In this document: positions 12,951-25,794 of the stretch, one piece after another
How the letters are laid out: each line of letters starts with the position of its first letter
Position numbering within the stretch: position 1 is the stretch's first letter
NCBI GenBank assembly: GCA_036172245.1
Contig: JAYWIR010000051.1
Location: 124,001-188,000, forward strand
DNA from: Raillietiella orientalis
Taxonomy: Eukaryota
Direction of reading: 5' to 3'
Length of the DNA stretch: 64,000 nt
The notes under the pieces: generated by a model
Database searches by the model: none
Told to the model about the DNA's origin: nothing
The model's input: the letters and a program-made list of their open reading frames with translations, nothing else
Translations under genes and position numbers: made by a program

Positions 12951-14272
12951 GGAGAGGCATTCGTTGCTGAGGTCACTGTTTAAACGCTCGTTGCCGGGGA
13001 AACGTGCTGTCGCGCTGCTCAGCATGCCGAACTAGGCGAATGCGAAGCGAGTCCGTCAATCGTTTTGCATTTCCCGTCCAGTCAAGTAATGAAACCCTTA
13101 TCCGAGGTGCATTTCGTGTCGGTCCATTCGCTGATTCCATTTTCCTCTCAGGACGCTCGCTCGAAACGATCACTTCAACAACAACGGAACCCCCTTCAAA
13201 ACGGGGTGATACTCCGAAAGCAAGGGTCCGGCGGACCGGAATCTGGAACTTTGGGACAAAATTCGGGAGTAGCGTTTGTTCCCCGATGGCAACCAGACTC
13301 CGCAGATGCCGTCGGCACCTTCGTCTTCGGGAGGTGCGAGGGCGGAGGTGAGCAAAAGAGGGACGGGGGAGATCGAACGGCAGAGGGACAAGGCGGAGTG
13401 TCCTCCGCGCTCCACCTGCTCCATCAAGTTCCTCCCGCTAAAAGCCTTCATTCTCTTCTGCCGAGGAATCTCTTTGTGTCCAACCCCAGTGTTCACTTCA
13501 ACAGCACATTTATTTCGGAGGACTCTCATCAACAAAAGGAATCCCCCGAATTGAGCAAGACAATCACTCTGAGTGAAAATTATGAGGACGAAGAGAGAAA
13601 AATGCGCGTCCCGCCGAACGTCGACGCCGCTCCTTCCGGTCGGCCGTGGAAAAAATGTTTTCCTTTTCGCAATAATTCATGAAACGCAGAGCCGAGCTAT
13701 TAGAAATATGTATTTATACAGGGAATTTTTAAACGTCTCACGTCTTCCGATCTAATGGCTTTCCCGCCTCCCCGAGCCTTCCGCGGGGTGTGTTCTTCAC
13801 GCGGAGCTTTCCGAAGACCCGGTGGGCAAACACCGCTTCCGTCTTGTCCCGAATGGTAGCTGCATAATGGATCCAGTGTCAACAGCGGAAAGGCCACTCG
13901 TGTCGGCGGCGGGGCATTAGAGGAAGGTTCTCGTGTTTCACGGAGAAACCGCAAACGCTCGTGACGCAGGGACGCCCAGCGCGGACGACGTCCGCGTAGG
14001 TCCCTCCCGGCCTCGCCGGACGGACGGTCGCGCGCGATCCGCGACCCGGGAGAGCACTCCCGGGATGCACGGACCTGAGGAGCGGAAGCGGTCCGATGCT
14101 CCTGCACGGAAGTCTCCGCCGCGAACAGGTGGGAGAACGCCTTGAGGACGTCTCTCCAGCCAAGCCGGACGTGGACGTAGACGGGGAACGCTACTAGTGG
14201 AAGTGTCTCCCAACCGGCAGGCGAAAAAGAGTTCTTCCGTCTTCGCTGCTTTTCTTCTCGCACCCGTTTCCC

Positions 14273-14880
14273 TTTTTTTTTTTTTGTCTTGGTTCGCCGA
14301 ATGCTGAAGAACCGTTCGCCTTCTTAGGGGGCAACGGACGGTCGCGAAGCTCTTTGACGCCGTCCACGCCCACCCGGGGTGCATGTTGGCTCTTCAAATG
14401 TTAGGGGGTGCCCGGGAGGGGATCGCCATATGAATCCGGGAAGGCTCCGGAGAAGAGGGTCCGTTCCCCTCACACTTGGGAGGGGAGCTCCCACAAAGGC
14501 AGCCACCTCTTCCTGATTCTCTCCGGAGGTACCTCCCGTAGGAAGCCGCTCCATTGTTTTCTTCTCCCTAGGGCACCCTGTTTGCTACTCCTCTGAAGAG
14601 AACCCCGAAAGGCTCCTTGATTCTACGGAGGACCCCTTGATCGACTTCCGATCCCGACGAGTCAACGGGGCCGTTCGCGGGTCTCCGCCGCACCTGAAAC
14701 CTGCAGGCCAGCCAGCACCATCCTGCGGAGAGGAGCTCAAATAAAACCCAGGACGCGCGGATTTTTCTCTGGGGTCGGTCCTTGCCCCCATCCCCAGTCC
14801 CCGGGCGGGATTCGAACCCGCAATGTTGAAAATGGAACGCGGGCGCCCAACGAGGAAGAGTTCCGTGGACCGCAGCGGAA
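14273..14880 (-). mobile_element. tRNA-headed SINE, copy 2
   Basis: Intact T-arm/B-box GCGGG-TTCGAAT-CCCGC on the minus strand (14805-14821). The body is collinear with 39225-40013 (shared GGATCGCCmTAyGAATCCGG and AGCTCTTTrACGC blocks) and a T13 tract at 14273-14285 forms the poly-A tail. Confidence 0.75.
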
Positions 14881-17708
14881 GGTGCGCAAGATCAATCTGG
14901 TGGCGGCATCTCCCCACTGGTTGTCCTTAGAAACGTGCGTGCGTGAGTCCCGTCAAGCGAAAGGGACGCACTCTGAGAAGTCCTGGCTCTGCAGAAGCTG
15001 CATCCCCTTGTCAAGTGAGGAGTCCTCGCTCCAGAGCATCACTGGCAGTCTCGTTGGTGCTTACGAGAGCCGCCAACCAATCAGCATACGAGCTCAAATT
15101 CATTTAATAAACCGCTGAAGGATCCGGCTACAATGATGGACCAGGAACTGCACTGTCAAGCGGAGAAGAAGAAGAAGAAAAAAACATCAGATTTCCATGG
15201 AGTCGCATCCCTTAATCATCCCGGAACCGGTTCGTTTGCGCGTCGCCTTCCCCGAACGGGATCGTGGACGGCACGTGTTCCTGTCAGTTCCTGCAAATCC
15301 CGGTTCGTGTTGAAGGAAGTTCAGGTCCGTGCTCTCTTGCAGTCTTGAGCGTGTAGAGCGGGACGCAGCCTCACACGCTCTGCGGCACGGGAGCGCTCGG
15401 TCGCGAGGGACGGCTCACCGCGCGTTCTCCCGTGGTGCCTCGCTCCGCGTCACAGACGGGACTAATCCCCTCCTCGAAGAGAGAGGGAGAGCGCGGACGA
15501 TCCCCGCCCCGCGAGATGCCGACGCTGCGCTTCCCTCCGCGCTGCACCGGGAATCGCAAGGACTCGAGAGGATAAACGCCTCGCGGCGGCAGGCCCTTCC
15601 GGCTTTTGTCCCATCCGCCCCGCGCCCCTTCCCATTTCTCGTGATTTGTTGAAGACTTTTACGACGCTTCTGCGTCCTGACCTTCCCTCCTTCTCTTCCT
15701 ACCGCTTTCTGACATCGTTTGCCTCCCTATGCAACAGAGCGAGCGTTGTCCCAACCCAGAAAAAAAAAAAAAAAAAACTTCCTTCTCAACATTCTGAGAT
15801 GTCAGGAATCATGTGTGCCCAGGCGCGCGCGCGCGTGTGTGTATGTGTATGTGTGTGTGTTTTCCCTCGATGGTCGTTGGCTTCCTTCGGTGGGTAGCCC
15901 CGCTGTCTCTCCTGATCCACATTTCCGGATGTCCTGCCGAACAATTTGATGCGGAAAACCTGGCCGCTTGGAAGTCCAAATGCGCCGCACCATCCCCCGT
16001 GGATGCAAATAGATGGATCGATCCCTTCCGCGGCTGGGGCAGGAGCCTCGCATGGGAACACGACGAAGAGTGGACGTGACCAACTCGGTAAAGTCTCCTC
16101 GGGGAACGCGGGAATGGGCCGTCCAAACGCAGGAATCCCCTCCATTACTCACCAGAGCAAAGTCGAATCAATCAGCTTCACAAAAAAAAATCATCGTTGG
16201 ATAGTTCACTAAATAATTCGGATAAGTGGTGGTGCTGGAGGACCCCGAGCGGAAGACCGAGGAGGACCGAAATAAATGTCTGCAGAGGAGTCAGTCAGGA
16301 AAACGTCATTTTTCATGATCGGTGTGGCAAGTGGAACGACGAGGTACTTTTGCTGCGGAGGATTTAAATCCGGCCCGCTGGGTCTTCGCGCATCAGCCAA
16401 AATCCTTTTTTCCTCCGCTCGTCAGGCCGGGAGGCAAGGCGCAAGAGTTTCGCCGTCCCTTCGCGGCGGCCGCACGAGCGCTGCTGGCAGCCGCTGGACT
16501 TGGACCCAGGGAAGTCGCCCTGGAGCTGGCCTTCGAGTTTGCAGACGGCGCCCACAAATCGGCCTCGCTCCCGGGATGTTTACTCGTGCTTGATCTTTCC
16601 CCGTTCGCTTCCCCTGGGAATACGGCACATCTGTAGCAGCGAAAGGCACGGGAATGGTGCGGAACCGACCCTCTGCATCCTCATTCTGTAGATTCCAGCC
16701 ATCCGGGGCTAAGAAAAGCACCTTTCTGTTTGCGAATAAAGTAAACTTGAATCTACAAAAGACCCCCTGAGGGTTTCCCCACCTCTTTTCTTTTTTATCG
16801 ATGTGGAAGCTGTAAACAGATGCAAATTCGATTCCGAGTTCTCCGTATCCTCTCTGCCTGTTGATGACAAAAGGCAAAAGTGGCCCCGAGCTGCACAATG
16901 GCTTGCGACCTGGCGACCCCACCGATACGTGATGTAAGCCGTACACTCTAAACCCTCCCTCCTGGTTGGGGGGGGGGAGAATGCGGAATCCCGGTTCAGG
17001 ACAAGCACGGAGTGGCGGGAGGGTCTTCACGGAAAGAGGAGGCCGGCCGCGCAGTGCCGCAGATGGCTCGCGCAGCTCGCAGGTCCTCCGCGCGGCGAGG
17101 AGCACCTTTGATCGGGGGTGGGGGGCGTGCTTCCCGGGAGATTGGGGCCAAGGCCGCATCCTGCCGGGAGCAAGGAAGTGCGTTGCCATAGTTCGCGCGC
17201 GCGCGCGCTTCCCTCGCACACCCTCGTTGGTCGCTGCTCTCCTCGAAAGCGGCTCCGCTCGCAGAGAGGCTGCGTTTCGCGTAGAAAAAAAGTTCCGCGA
17301 GGATGAGCGGGACTGCAGAGGGAGCAGATGCCAAACGCTGGTTCCCCCCCCTTGCAGCCCTTTTCTGTTGTTGCAATGGGTAGGAAACGTCAGCGATCGC
17401 CTACAGTCGACCGCCGTTCGTTCGCGAAGGGCGCGTTTTCGCACGGTCGGCACTCTCGAGAGACGCGGATGCGTCAGCAACAATCGAACGCGACCCTAGC
17501 AACCGTCGAGCGAGCGTTGGGGCAGCGATGGAGACGCACTTGCAAGCCGTCGCCTGTAGTTGCGTCTCCACGTGGTGATCTACGGCGGTGCGGGACGGTT
17601 GTCTGTTTCGTAAGGTACGTTGCTAAGATGGCAGCGGCGAAAAGGAACGTCCGAAGCCAAAGACCCCTGTCCCCGCCCCCTCTCCTATATATTCTTTTGT
17701 ATTTTATT

Positions 17709-17709
<1 letters not shown>

Positions 17710-17740
<31 letters not shown>

Positions 17741-17767
17741 TGTATATATATATATATATATATATAT
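17710..17767. repeat. (TATG)n-(TA)n compound microsatellite
   Basis: Seen directly. Confidence 0.95.
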
Positions 17768-18099
17768 TTGCGGTCCCCTCCCTCCCGTCCTGGGCCTTCA
17801 AAGTGCCCCACCTGCGTGCCGGGGAGCCTTCCTTTTGAACTTCTTTTCCTTTAGTCTGGGAACCTGGTTTCTGACGGTTTGTTCCGTCTCTTGGAAGAGA
17901 TGTCCCGGTAAACGGCGAAAAGGAACGAATCCTCGCTGTCGCGGTTCCCCCCGGTAGCTGGGCAGCAGCATCCAGCTGCAGCGCACGCGCACGCGCGCAC
18001 CCAGCGGAGTCGGCGGAGCTCAGTGGGGTGTGCCTCCCCGGAGGGCGACACGAGGGAGGGTAAAAGTCGGTGGGAAGGGGGACGGGGCGGCGGCAGCCA

Positions 18100-18169
18100 C
18101 CTCCCGAAGCTGGCAACGTATGGAGCCGCCTCCTCCCGAAGCTGGAAAGGTATGGAGCCGCCTCCTCCC
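18100..18169. repeat. 32-bp tandem duplication (~2.2 copies)
   Basis: CCTCCCGAAGCTGGCAACGTATGGAGCCGCCT is followed by CCTCCCGAAGCTGGAAAGGTATGGAGCCGCCT and CCTCCC. Confidence 0.9.
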
Positions 18170-20549
18170 CCTTGTCCTCTCCAGGAAGGCCAAGGCTTTC
18201 CCGGAGCCGCATGGGGTGGCACGCACTCTGGAGGGGAGGCTTCTCTTGGCATGCAGCCGCCCCGTCAGCACCGGATGAGCGACGGGAGCAGCTTCCGCTT
18301 CAGTGCTTTGGTACGGACGGATGATGCGAGCGCGCCTCCTGCCGGAGTGCTCCATCTGAACGGTCGCCGCGCGCCCCCCACTATCCCCAACTCCCCCTCA
18401 GGCTCGTGTGTTAGTCCCTTCGCTCTTTTTCTATCCTCCCCCCCGATTTGGCTTTTTACCCATGCGGCTGTTTCGTCTTGGCCCTCATGCGATACGTGAC
18501 GACCCGGATGAAGCGGCGCAAAGGAACGCCCCGGCGCTGTCGCCCACGGATCCGCGAATCGCGCCAGCACTCCACTTCCCTACCTCCCTCGCGACGCGGA
18601 CGCCATTGTTGTCAGCGCGACGCGGTGGTGCGCGCTGTAGGATTCCATCTCTCACCGCCGACCGGACCGCAGGCGGCGCTCTTTTCTTGAGAGCAGGAGC
18701 TCCCCCTTCGCAGCCGGACGGTGATGCCTTTCAAGCAACTCCGCCCCAGATGACTTTTCGGCCGGCCCTTGCAGCGGCGGCGCGAGGCTACCCTCCTCCC
18801 GGCCGGCTCCGTGCCGTGGAGAGGGACCAGATCGCCTCGAGCCCGACTCTGGCACTGGGAGAAGACCACCCCGTTTGCATGATGCCCACGGGGTAGAAAG
18901 GACGCCAGCCTGGAAACCCCCATTCATCGCATTCTCCGTCCCCTCTCCCTCTTTCGTTCCAGACCCTTCCTCCCCCCTCATCCTCCCGCACCCGACTGCA
19001 CTCCCCACGAGGGTCTAGGTCACATGGAGGGATCCCTGAGTGACGCCGATAAGAACTCAGCCCCCAGGGCACGTGCTTGTGCATTGGCATCGAGGAAACT
19101 GCCCTCCATGGCTTCCCCAGCAAACGGCTGGATCGGAGGCCATTCACTGGGAACAAATGAATGAAGATTTTGCGTTAGATGAATGGCCGAATCAAAGGGC
19201 CAAGGAAGCGGAAGCCTCGCCGGGATCGAAACTAGGAAGGGGATGAGAGAGGGAACTCACAAGCAAATAAACAGGAAGCAGGATAGATCGGGCTCATCGT
19301 GTGTCGAACGTGATTCCCGAGGGAGTGGCGTCGGGCAGAAGGCAGGAGCGGGGGCAGCAGAGCTGCCGATTCAGATACTTTGGATTGCCGGCCTGCTAAC
19401 CATTTCACATCGCCCCTCCCCATTAGGATACGGAAGACACAGAGACACCTCTGCTCGGAAGTTGAGGAGGAGCCTCGGGTGGACCGCAGCCAGGACGAGG
19501 AACAGCCCGTCGATGACCTACGTCCCGCCTCCCAACATTCCAGAAGAGAAAACGGGAGGGGGCATCCGCCACTGCTTTCGGGTCCGTCCGCCCACGACCG
19601 AGCTGCACATCCCATCTCGCACCCACCCCAGTTCGGATCACCTCATCGCACCCCGCGAGGGAGAACAGTGGGGGGAGGGAGGTGGAGAGCGGTCCCCCGG
19701 GGACCACTGCTGCCACCGCAACCGTTGAACCTCGAAACGGAAAAACGGTCCCCTAAGGGCAGTCCCACGAGGCCACTGAAGCGCCCCTGCGACGCGCGCT
19801 CGCAACCCCTGCTGCTACGGACTGACCGATCCCGAGGGCGCGTGCCGAAAAGTCGGTCCCCGAAGCGAGCGCGCTCCTCGTTCCATGGGAGGACCCAGAA
19901 AGGCGGGATGTTCACGGGCAACCGGGTAGGAGGAGGCGCGAGTGAGGAAAAGGGATCGCGAAACGGCCTCGATCCTGGAATTCCAAAAGACTCGACGCAC
20001 GTCTTTGAGCGCGACTCCTTGAGCCACCCGCGTCGTCCTTCACTAGACGATGGACCCGGCAGCATCCTCGATCTCGTAGGTCACCCCTACCCTCACAGCT
20101 TAGTAGCGCCCTCCTCTTCCTCTTCCCGTCGGCTCAGGAGCGACGCACCGAAGAGCGCTCTTTCGGGCGTTCCGCCAGGGACCATCTGCTTCCTTCCTCG
20201 GATGCATCCGCACAGCTTCCAGTCGGCCGATCTCCGGGGTAGAGTCCAGTGCCGGAAGGTCCCACAGGAACAGGGGTCCCCTGCGGGCAGACGAAGGGGA
20301 GCTGAAGGCTCTGGTGTTGGCGAGAATGAATCCCTCCGAGGGGGCTGTGTGAGCCCGAGGATTCCCGACCCCTACCTTTAAAAGTCCCTGGTCAGCAGGT
20401 GGCAGGCTGTCCACTCGCGACCCTCCGAACTCCAGGAGCCTCGGTTGGACCGAGCTGCCGGAGGCTGAGTGGGAGGATCCGAATGACACGACCCGCCACA
20501 ACCTTTAGGGGGCCCGTATGCGAATCGGGGCTCTCCGAGGGGTCACCAC

Positions 20550-23400
20550 GAGGGTCAACTTCCTGCTGCCCCTCTCAGAGACAGAGCGTCCGCTCGGCGG
20601 GCTCGAGTCTGCGCGTCCTGGAGACGGAAGGAAGGGAGGGCGCGGTGGGAACCGAGTTCCTTAGCCGCCGCATCCGGGAGCTCACCTCGAGGTCGAAAGG
20701 AGCTGGCCTATTGTTGCAGAGGGCCGCGGAACCTTGCACCTGACCTCTCTCGGGAGGGCGCACCAAGTCGATGCTCCCGGTCAAGCGAAAAGCTCACGGG
20801 AGCTTTCCGTAGAAGAGCGCCCTGCATCCCTCGATGTGCCAGCTCCTGTCTGCGCAGCCGGACCTCGACCCCATTGCGGATCGGCTCGATGGACGCGTCC
20901 AATGGGTCTGCAGAGGGTCAAGAGAAGCAGCTCTCTGGCGTGGGTTGCCGCGTCAGCACCGAAGGAGCTGCCGGTCCTCTCCACCGGTGCCTGATTGGAA
21001 AGGATTTTGGACGGCATCCTCGGAGCCGAGGTGTCTTCCCAGCTCATGCCTCGCGCGAGCAGGTCGTCACCACAAAAGAAGCGGATCGACGCCGTCGGGC
21101 TGGTGGACCTTTCGACCGCGCGGCGGCGCCTCGAGCCAGCCTTCCTCTCCCCCCTTCCCAACGGCGGCAGCCGCGTCCTCCCGTTGCAGCAGTTTCGAAC
21201 CAGACATGGGCGTGTAAAACAGATTGGTATCCGCGGTTCGGCTAAGCACGGCGTAGGTCTCTTCCGGGCGGATTGTGGACCCGCTACCCGCCCTACTTTT
21301 TTGTGCTCCGCCCTTAAAGAGCTGGTGCACCTGCGGCGGTGTCAGGGCTGCAGTTGGCCTCGGACAGAGCGGTTTTCCCCTGTCCACCCTTGCTAAGTCG
21401 GAGCAGGCGGACGTTTGGCCCTCCTTCTGAACCAGAAGTGACTAGCGCCAGTTCGGGCACCAGGGGATGCGCCCCTTCCCTTTCCCAGGCCCGTCCGCGC
21501 GGAACAGGATCGCCGGACAACACCGCTTCTTAGGACACCTCGTGACTTGAAGTCTTGAGTGCACTCGCTACCTTGAAAAATGGGCAAAACCGGGCAGGAG
21601 CCAGTTGGTCCGGCAGGAGGCTGCCGGTGCAGTGTCGCTTCGACGCCCTCTAGCGGAGAAGCCCCATGTGCGCAGCCGGAGCGCCTTCCCGGCACACGCA
21701 GTCGGCCCCTAATCAGCTGACGCCGCCTCGCTGCTTGCCTGGTCCTCGCCGTCCCGTTCCAGTTCCCTGGTGCTGCCCGTTGCACGGGTCCCGAGCGCGG
21801 CAGTTGCCGACATGCGAGTGGCAGCGACTTATGCGGGAGTGCGGGCGCTGCTCTTCCCGCGTTCTCCTCCGCTCGAGTGGGAATGACGCCGGCGAGGCGC
21901 GTCGTTGCGCAACGGCAGCGAGCTGGTCTCGCAGGGAAGGAGGTGGCGCCACCCTTTCCTCCCCCTTGCTCCCACCTTCTCTCTCCCCCTCTCCAGGCTC
22001 GGTCGTAGGTGCGGTGACGGCCGCAGCTGTCGGTGCGAAAAGACGACGGCAGGCGGCGTTTCTCTCTCATTCTCTCCTCCCCTCATCGACGAGGGACTCG
22101 CAGAGAGCAACCCGGAAAGGAAGGGAGACGGGAGAACAGGCTATTCCCCTTGGATTGCTTACGCGTTCTGCGGGCAGCGCCCAGGGCGGGGAAAGGGGGG
22201 AAGGAAGGGGACGACCGCGCGCCAGGGTTGTAGTGGGCATGCGGGAGGCGGATGCGCTTTCCCTCTCCTCCGGGCACCGCCACCGGAAGCCCCGATTCGC
22301 TCCTGGTCACGAGGTACCCGAAGAAGTAGAACGGTACTGCAGTCCCGTTTTCGCGGACAGACTTTCGGGGCAAAAGGAAGGGGCGCATCCCCACCGCTCC
22401 AGTCGCGAAGGACACTCCAAGCTGGCCCTGGGAGCCACCTCCCACAGCTCCGCGTGCGGAGCCTCCTAGGAGGAGCTGGCCAGCGCGGTCCAAGTCAGGA
22501 GAATAGAGCAGCATCCTCACGTCCACGACGCCCGGAGTCGCCTGCCTTCTGACTCCCCCGTCCGTTTCCGGGACGGCCATGTCCGACGGTTGGATCTGCA
22601 GCTCTGACAGCTTCCTCTCCCCCCCCCTTCCCTCCCTCGAGAGGACTCCGAGCTCCCGCCAGGTTTCCGGGGCGCCGCCTTCGAAATCCTTAGCCTCGGT
22701 TCCGAAATACTTGCCCGGTGGCACCGCGAGCCCTACCCTCAGGGAGGGACGCCAATCTCCGCAAGAGGCTGGTGTTTCTCCTCCTTCGAAACCCGTCGCT
22801 GGATAAACAGCCCTTCGGCTTCTCCCCACGACGATGGCCTTCCTAGTGGAGGGACACCATCGTACCTGCTGCTGCAATAAAAACGACTAGCTTCATCCCT
22901 CGGGTTCAGGAATCCGTTAAATTTCCGACGTCCTTCTAGAAGATCTGCGTCATGCGTTGGACGACTGGAAGTATTATCAAGGCGAGGGATTCAAAACAGT
23001 GGATCCGATCGTGGGGCCACACACCCATGGCCGTCGCAGCTCTGTCTTTCCTAGAGAGATAGTTGCTAAGGGCAGTTGCCAACCGGCAGAGGTCGGAGGC
23101 CTCTTTCTTCATCGTCGTGTCAGCAATTCCAGTAAGAGAATGTCTGGTGGAGGGGTCACGAAATGCCCGAGGGGAAATTCCTCCAAACTTTACTCGTTCC
23201 CACGACTTCCAGAAGTGTTGCTCACTCTGCCCACATGTGATGGCAACCAATCCGGTGGCTCCATTGCGTTCCCCGGGAGCTCTGGATGTCGCTGCATACC
23301 ATCTTCCTCACTGCTGCTCTCGGCTTGCCGGCAGCAGCGCTTCATTGCCAGCTCTTGTGACAGTTCTTCGGGAGCTCCTCGGTCGACCGCTGGGGCTCAC
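20550..23400 (-). mobile_element. Decayed LINE ORF2 (CR1/L2/Jockey-group-like RT)
   Basis: Ordered minus-strand remnants: FWKSW; TAMGVWPHDRI (SPGPDGI); CGDWRPSL (YRPISL); VVDVRMLLYSPDLDRA (domain 3); RKSVRENG...VTRSESGLP (domain 4 lead-in); GDDLLARGMSWED; LTLCRPIG; MQGALLRKA. Confidence 0.55.
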
Positions 23401-23419
23401 CCGCGAGCTTCCTCAATTA

Positions 23420-23880
23420 TCACCTGGGTGCGCCGGGGCGTTCACAATCTCTGTGGCTGGACCGGTGGTCCAACCACGTACAATTTAACGGAAGCCTGCC
23501 GGGTTACCGGTGCGCTGACCGGTGCGTTGCACCGCGGCAGCAGAGCGGAGAGGTGCAAACAAAAAGATAAAAAAAAGAAACAAAAATAAGAAGAAAAAAG
23601 CAAATTTGGGGTGGGACGGGGAGTGCGGAAAGGGATCACGTCCTGGTGAAGGCGGTCCTTTCAAGGATGCCGGCAAGCTCTTGCTGGATGTTGTTTTCCA
23701 GGTGGACCATCTCGTTACCATACTCATGAAGGGGATAGCGAAGTGGATGTGGCACCCCTGTCTCTCGGTCCTCGCCTTAAGTCGCTCCAGGCAGCTACGA
23801 TCCCGCGTAGGCGACAGAGAGCTGCAAGGGAGGCTATCGGCCGAAGGGCGTCGCGTGGGAGGAGGGATCCTGGGCTTTTA
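23420..23880 (-). mobile_element. 3' end of the L1/Tx1-like LINE family (ORF2 end, T-rich 3' UTR, terminal hairpin)
   Basis: Clear nucleotide homology with 63480-63955 in reverse complement. It encodes YPLHEYGNEMVHLENNIQQELAGILERT and ends in AACGCCCCGGCGCACCCAGGTG. Confidence 0.8.
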
Positions 23881-24719
23881 CGAACGGACATCTCGCGTCC
23901 TGCTGAACTCACAGCGCTCCCTGCTGTGCGTCCGGTTGCGTTGACGTTTCCGGTAGCAGAGGCGGAGACAGCGGTTCCGCCGAAACCCCTAAAACAGCTC
24001 ATCCTCTTTCCTCACCCTCGACTGCTGCTGCGGTTGCCACCGGACTCCGCTGAGGAGTCCGTCCCGTTCCTTCTTGCTCCGTTCTACTGCCTCCTGCTCT
24101 TCTGGACGAGCTTGTCCTTTGTCGCAAGTATGCGAGCCACCCGTCAGCCGGCGGATGCCCATCCATCACGGAAGATTCCCGGGAATGACAGGCTCTGGAC
24201 GCCCATCCTCGGAGAGGAAGGGTCGGTTCGAGAGGATTCCGAGGCGGAGGTTTCCCGGGGAGTTGCCTCCCCAAACCGTTCTAGGAGCGAGACTATGGGA
24301 TCGTTCTCGCGCCTCCTGCCGAACTGCAGTCACCGGGAGGACATGTGGTGGAGACCAGCCTCGGCCCTCCGTCGACTGCAGTCCCCCCTCCCCCTCTTCG
24401 GACCTGCTGCGGAGCTTCTTCACTCGAGGAGGGCTAAAGACGGGCGCTGCAATCGCAACGAGGTGCTGCACCGCGCCATTGTCGCAGCTGGTTCCGTGGC
24501 GGAGCGAAGGGCCACCAGCACAGCAGCCGCCTTCGTAACGACGGCTGCAAGGTGGCTTTCATCTTCAAGAGGAAGCCACCATTGAGATTGCCACCATGCA
24601 CAGCCGCTTCGAAAGAGGAAGGAACGTCTCAAACCAAAGACCGGACGAGAGGAAGTTCTTACGCTCTCATCTTTTAGTTATTTATTTATTGTTCCCTATT
24701 TCCTTAAAAACCAGCCTTC

Positions 24720-25150
24720 GTGTCGGTAATCGAGTAATCTGGAGGTGCTAAAGCAATGGGCCCTTTATCGTACGGGCAACCGAACCACTGGGTGGTTTGA
24801 TCGACGGTCATTATCTGACGATCCCTGGCAACCGTTCCCCCAGGGAGAACGGGACGCTGCTGCCAACGTGCACTCCGGCTGACTCCCTTGACGCGTTCCT
24901 CGAGCTGGCTATCCATCGAGGAGCCGGCGTGGTGACGGACAGGACCAAGTCGTCGGCGGTCCCGGTTGGTGCGGCGCGGACTGGGCGACCGGACGGGATC
25001 CTCTTGGGAAACCCCTTGGGAAGGTACATGAAGCAGAGCAGCATTCCATGGAGCGACCTCCGTCTCGCCTAGGCTCGGTCCATCAGTCTCCAGAAAGCAG
25101 AAACGTCTCGCTCCAAGGAGATGGTGTCCTCTCGCTGCAACGGGCCGAGG
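24720..25150 (-). mobile_element. Decayed non-LTR RT fragment (domains 4-7)
   Basis: LLCFMYLP...GTADDLVLS (YADD-like) is followed by QTTQWFGC (domain 7-like). Confidence 0.45.
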
Positions 25151-25794
25151 CGTTGGGCACGTTCCTGGCCCCCGTTTTTTTCCGCCCCCCTTTTTGCCTG
25201 TCCTGCCCCTCGGGGAAGCGGAAAAACGAACCCTTTCCTATGGGACTGAGAGGTGTCGTGTTCCCCCTGGAAGACCCGACTTCCCTCCGTCGGAATGGGG
25301 TCTCGGCCTCCCGACGCTAAAGTGAATCGAGCGCCAACTCCAGCTGAGGGTCCGGCCTTCGCGGCAAAGAATTGGCGCAGCCGCCGGCGCGCCCCCGAGC
25401 GCCTCCTCCTCGGGCGTGCAGCCGGCTACGAAAGACTTTCATCTTCCCTCGAAGACAGCCACTCCGGCTTGTCCTAGAGCGGACATCACCTCCGGCGGAT
25501 CACCCCGGCGACGGAGAGGGTCGGCCGGATCCCCTGACGTCTCGCGAGCAGCAGCGTCTGGCTGCAGGAAGCAGTCCCCACGTGGGCGAAGAGCGGCGAC
25601 CCGAGCGGGAATGATCGATCTCCCTCTGCAACGCTCGCTGCCTGCCAAGAGAGATCATCTAGGACCCACGTGGGCAGAGGGCACCCTGCTTGCCCTAGCG
25701 CCCCTCTCCCTAAAGGAGCGAAATAGCAGCTGCCTGCCTCAGACAATGCGTGTTGGAAGAAATTCCCAGGTAGACGGACAACGCGTCGGACCAC

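Noticed and set aside
14593..14612. Minimal hammerhead ribozyme (CTGAAGA...GAAA)
   Set aside because: No stems I/III, and the core is not conserved in the other SINE copy (CTGAAGGG).
14805..14880. tRNA gene
   Set aside because: Only the T-arm pairs. There is no acceptor, D or anticodon stem, and it heads a repeated poly-A-tailed element.
18100..18169. CRISPR-like repeat
   Set aside because: The units abut with no spacers, there are only ~2 copies, and the context is eukaryotic.
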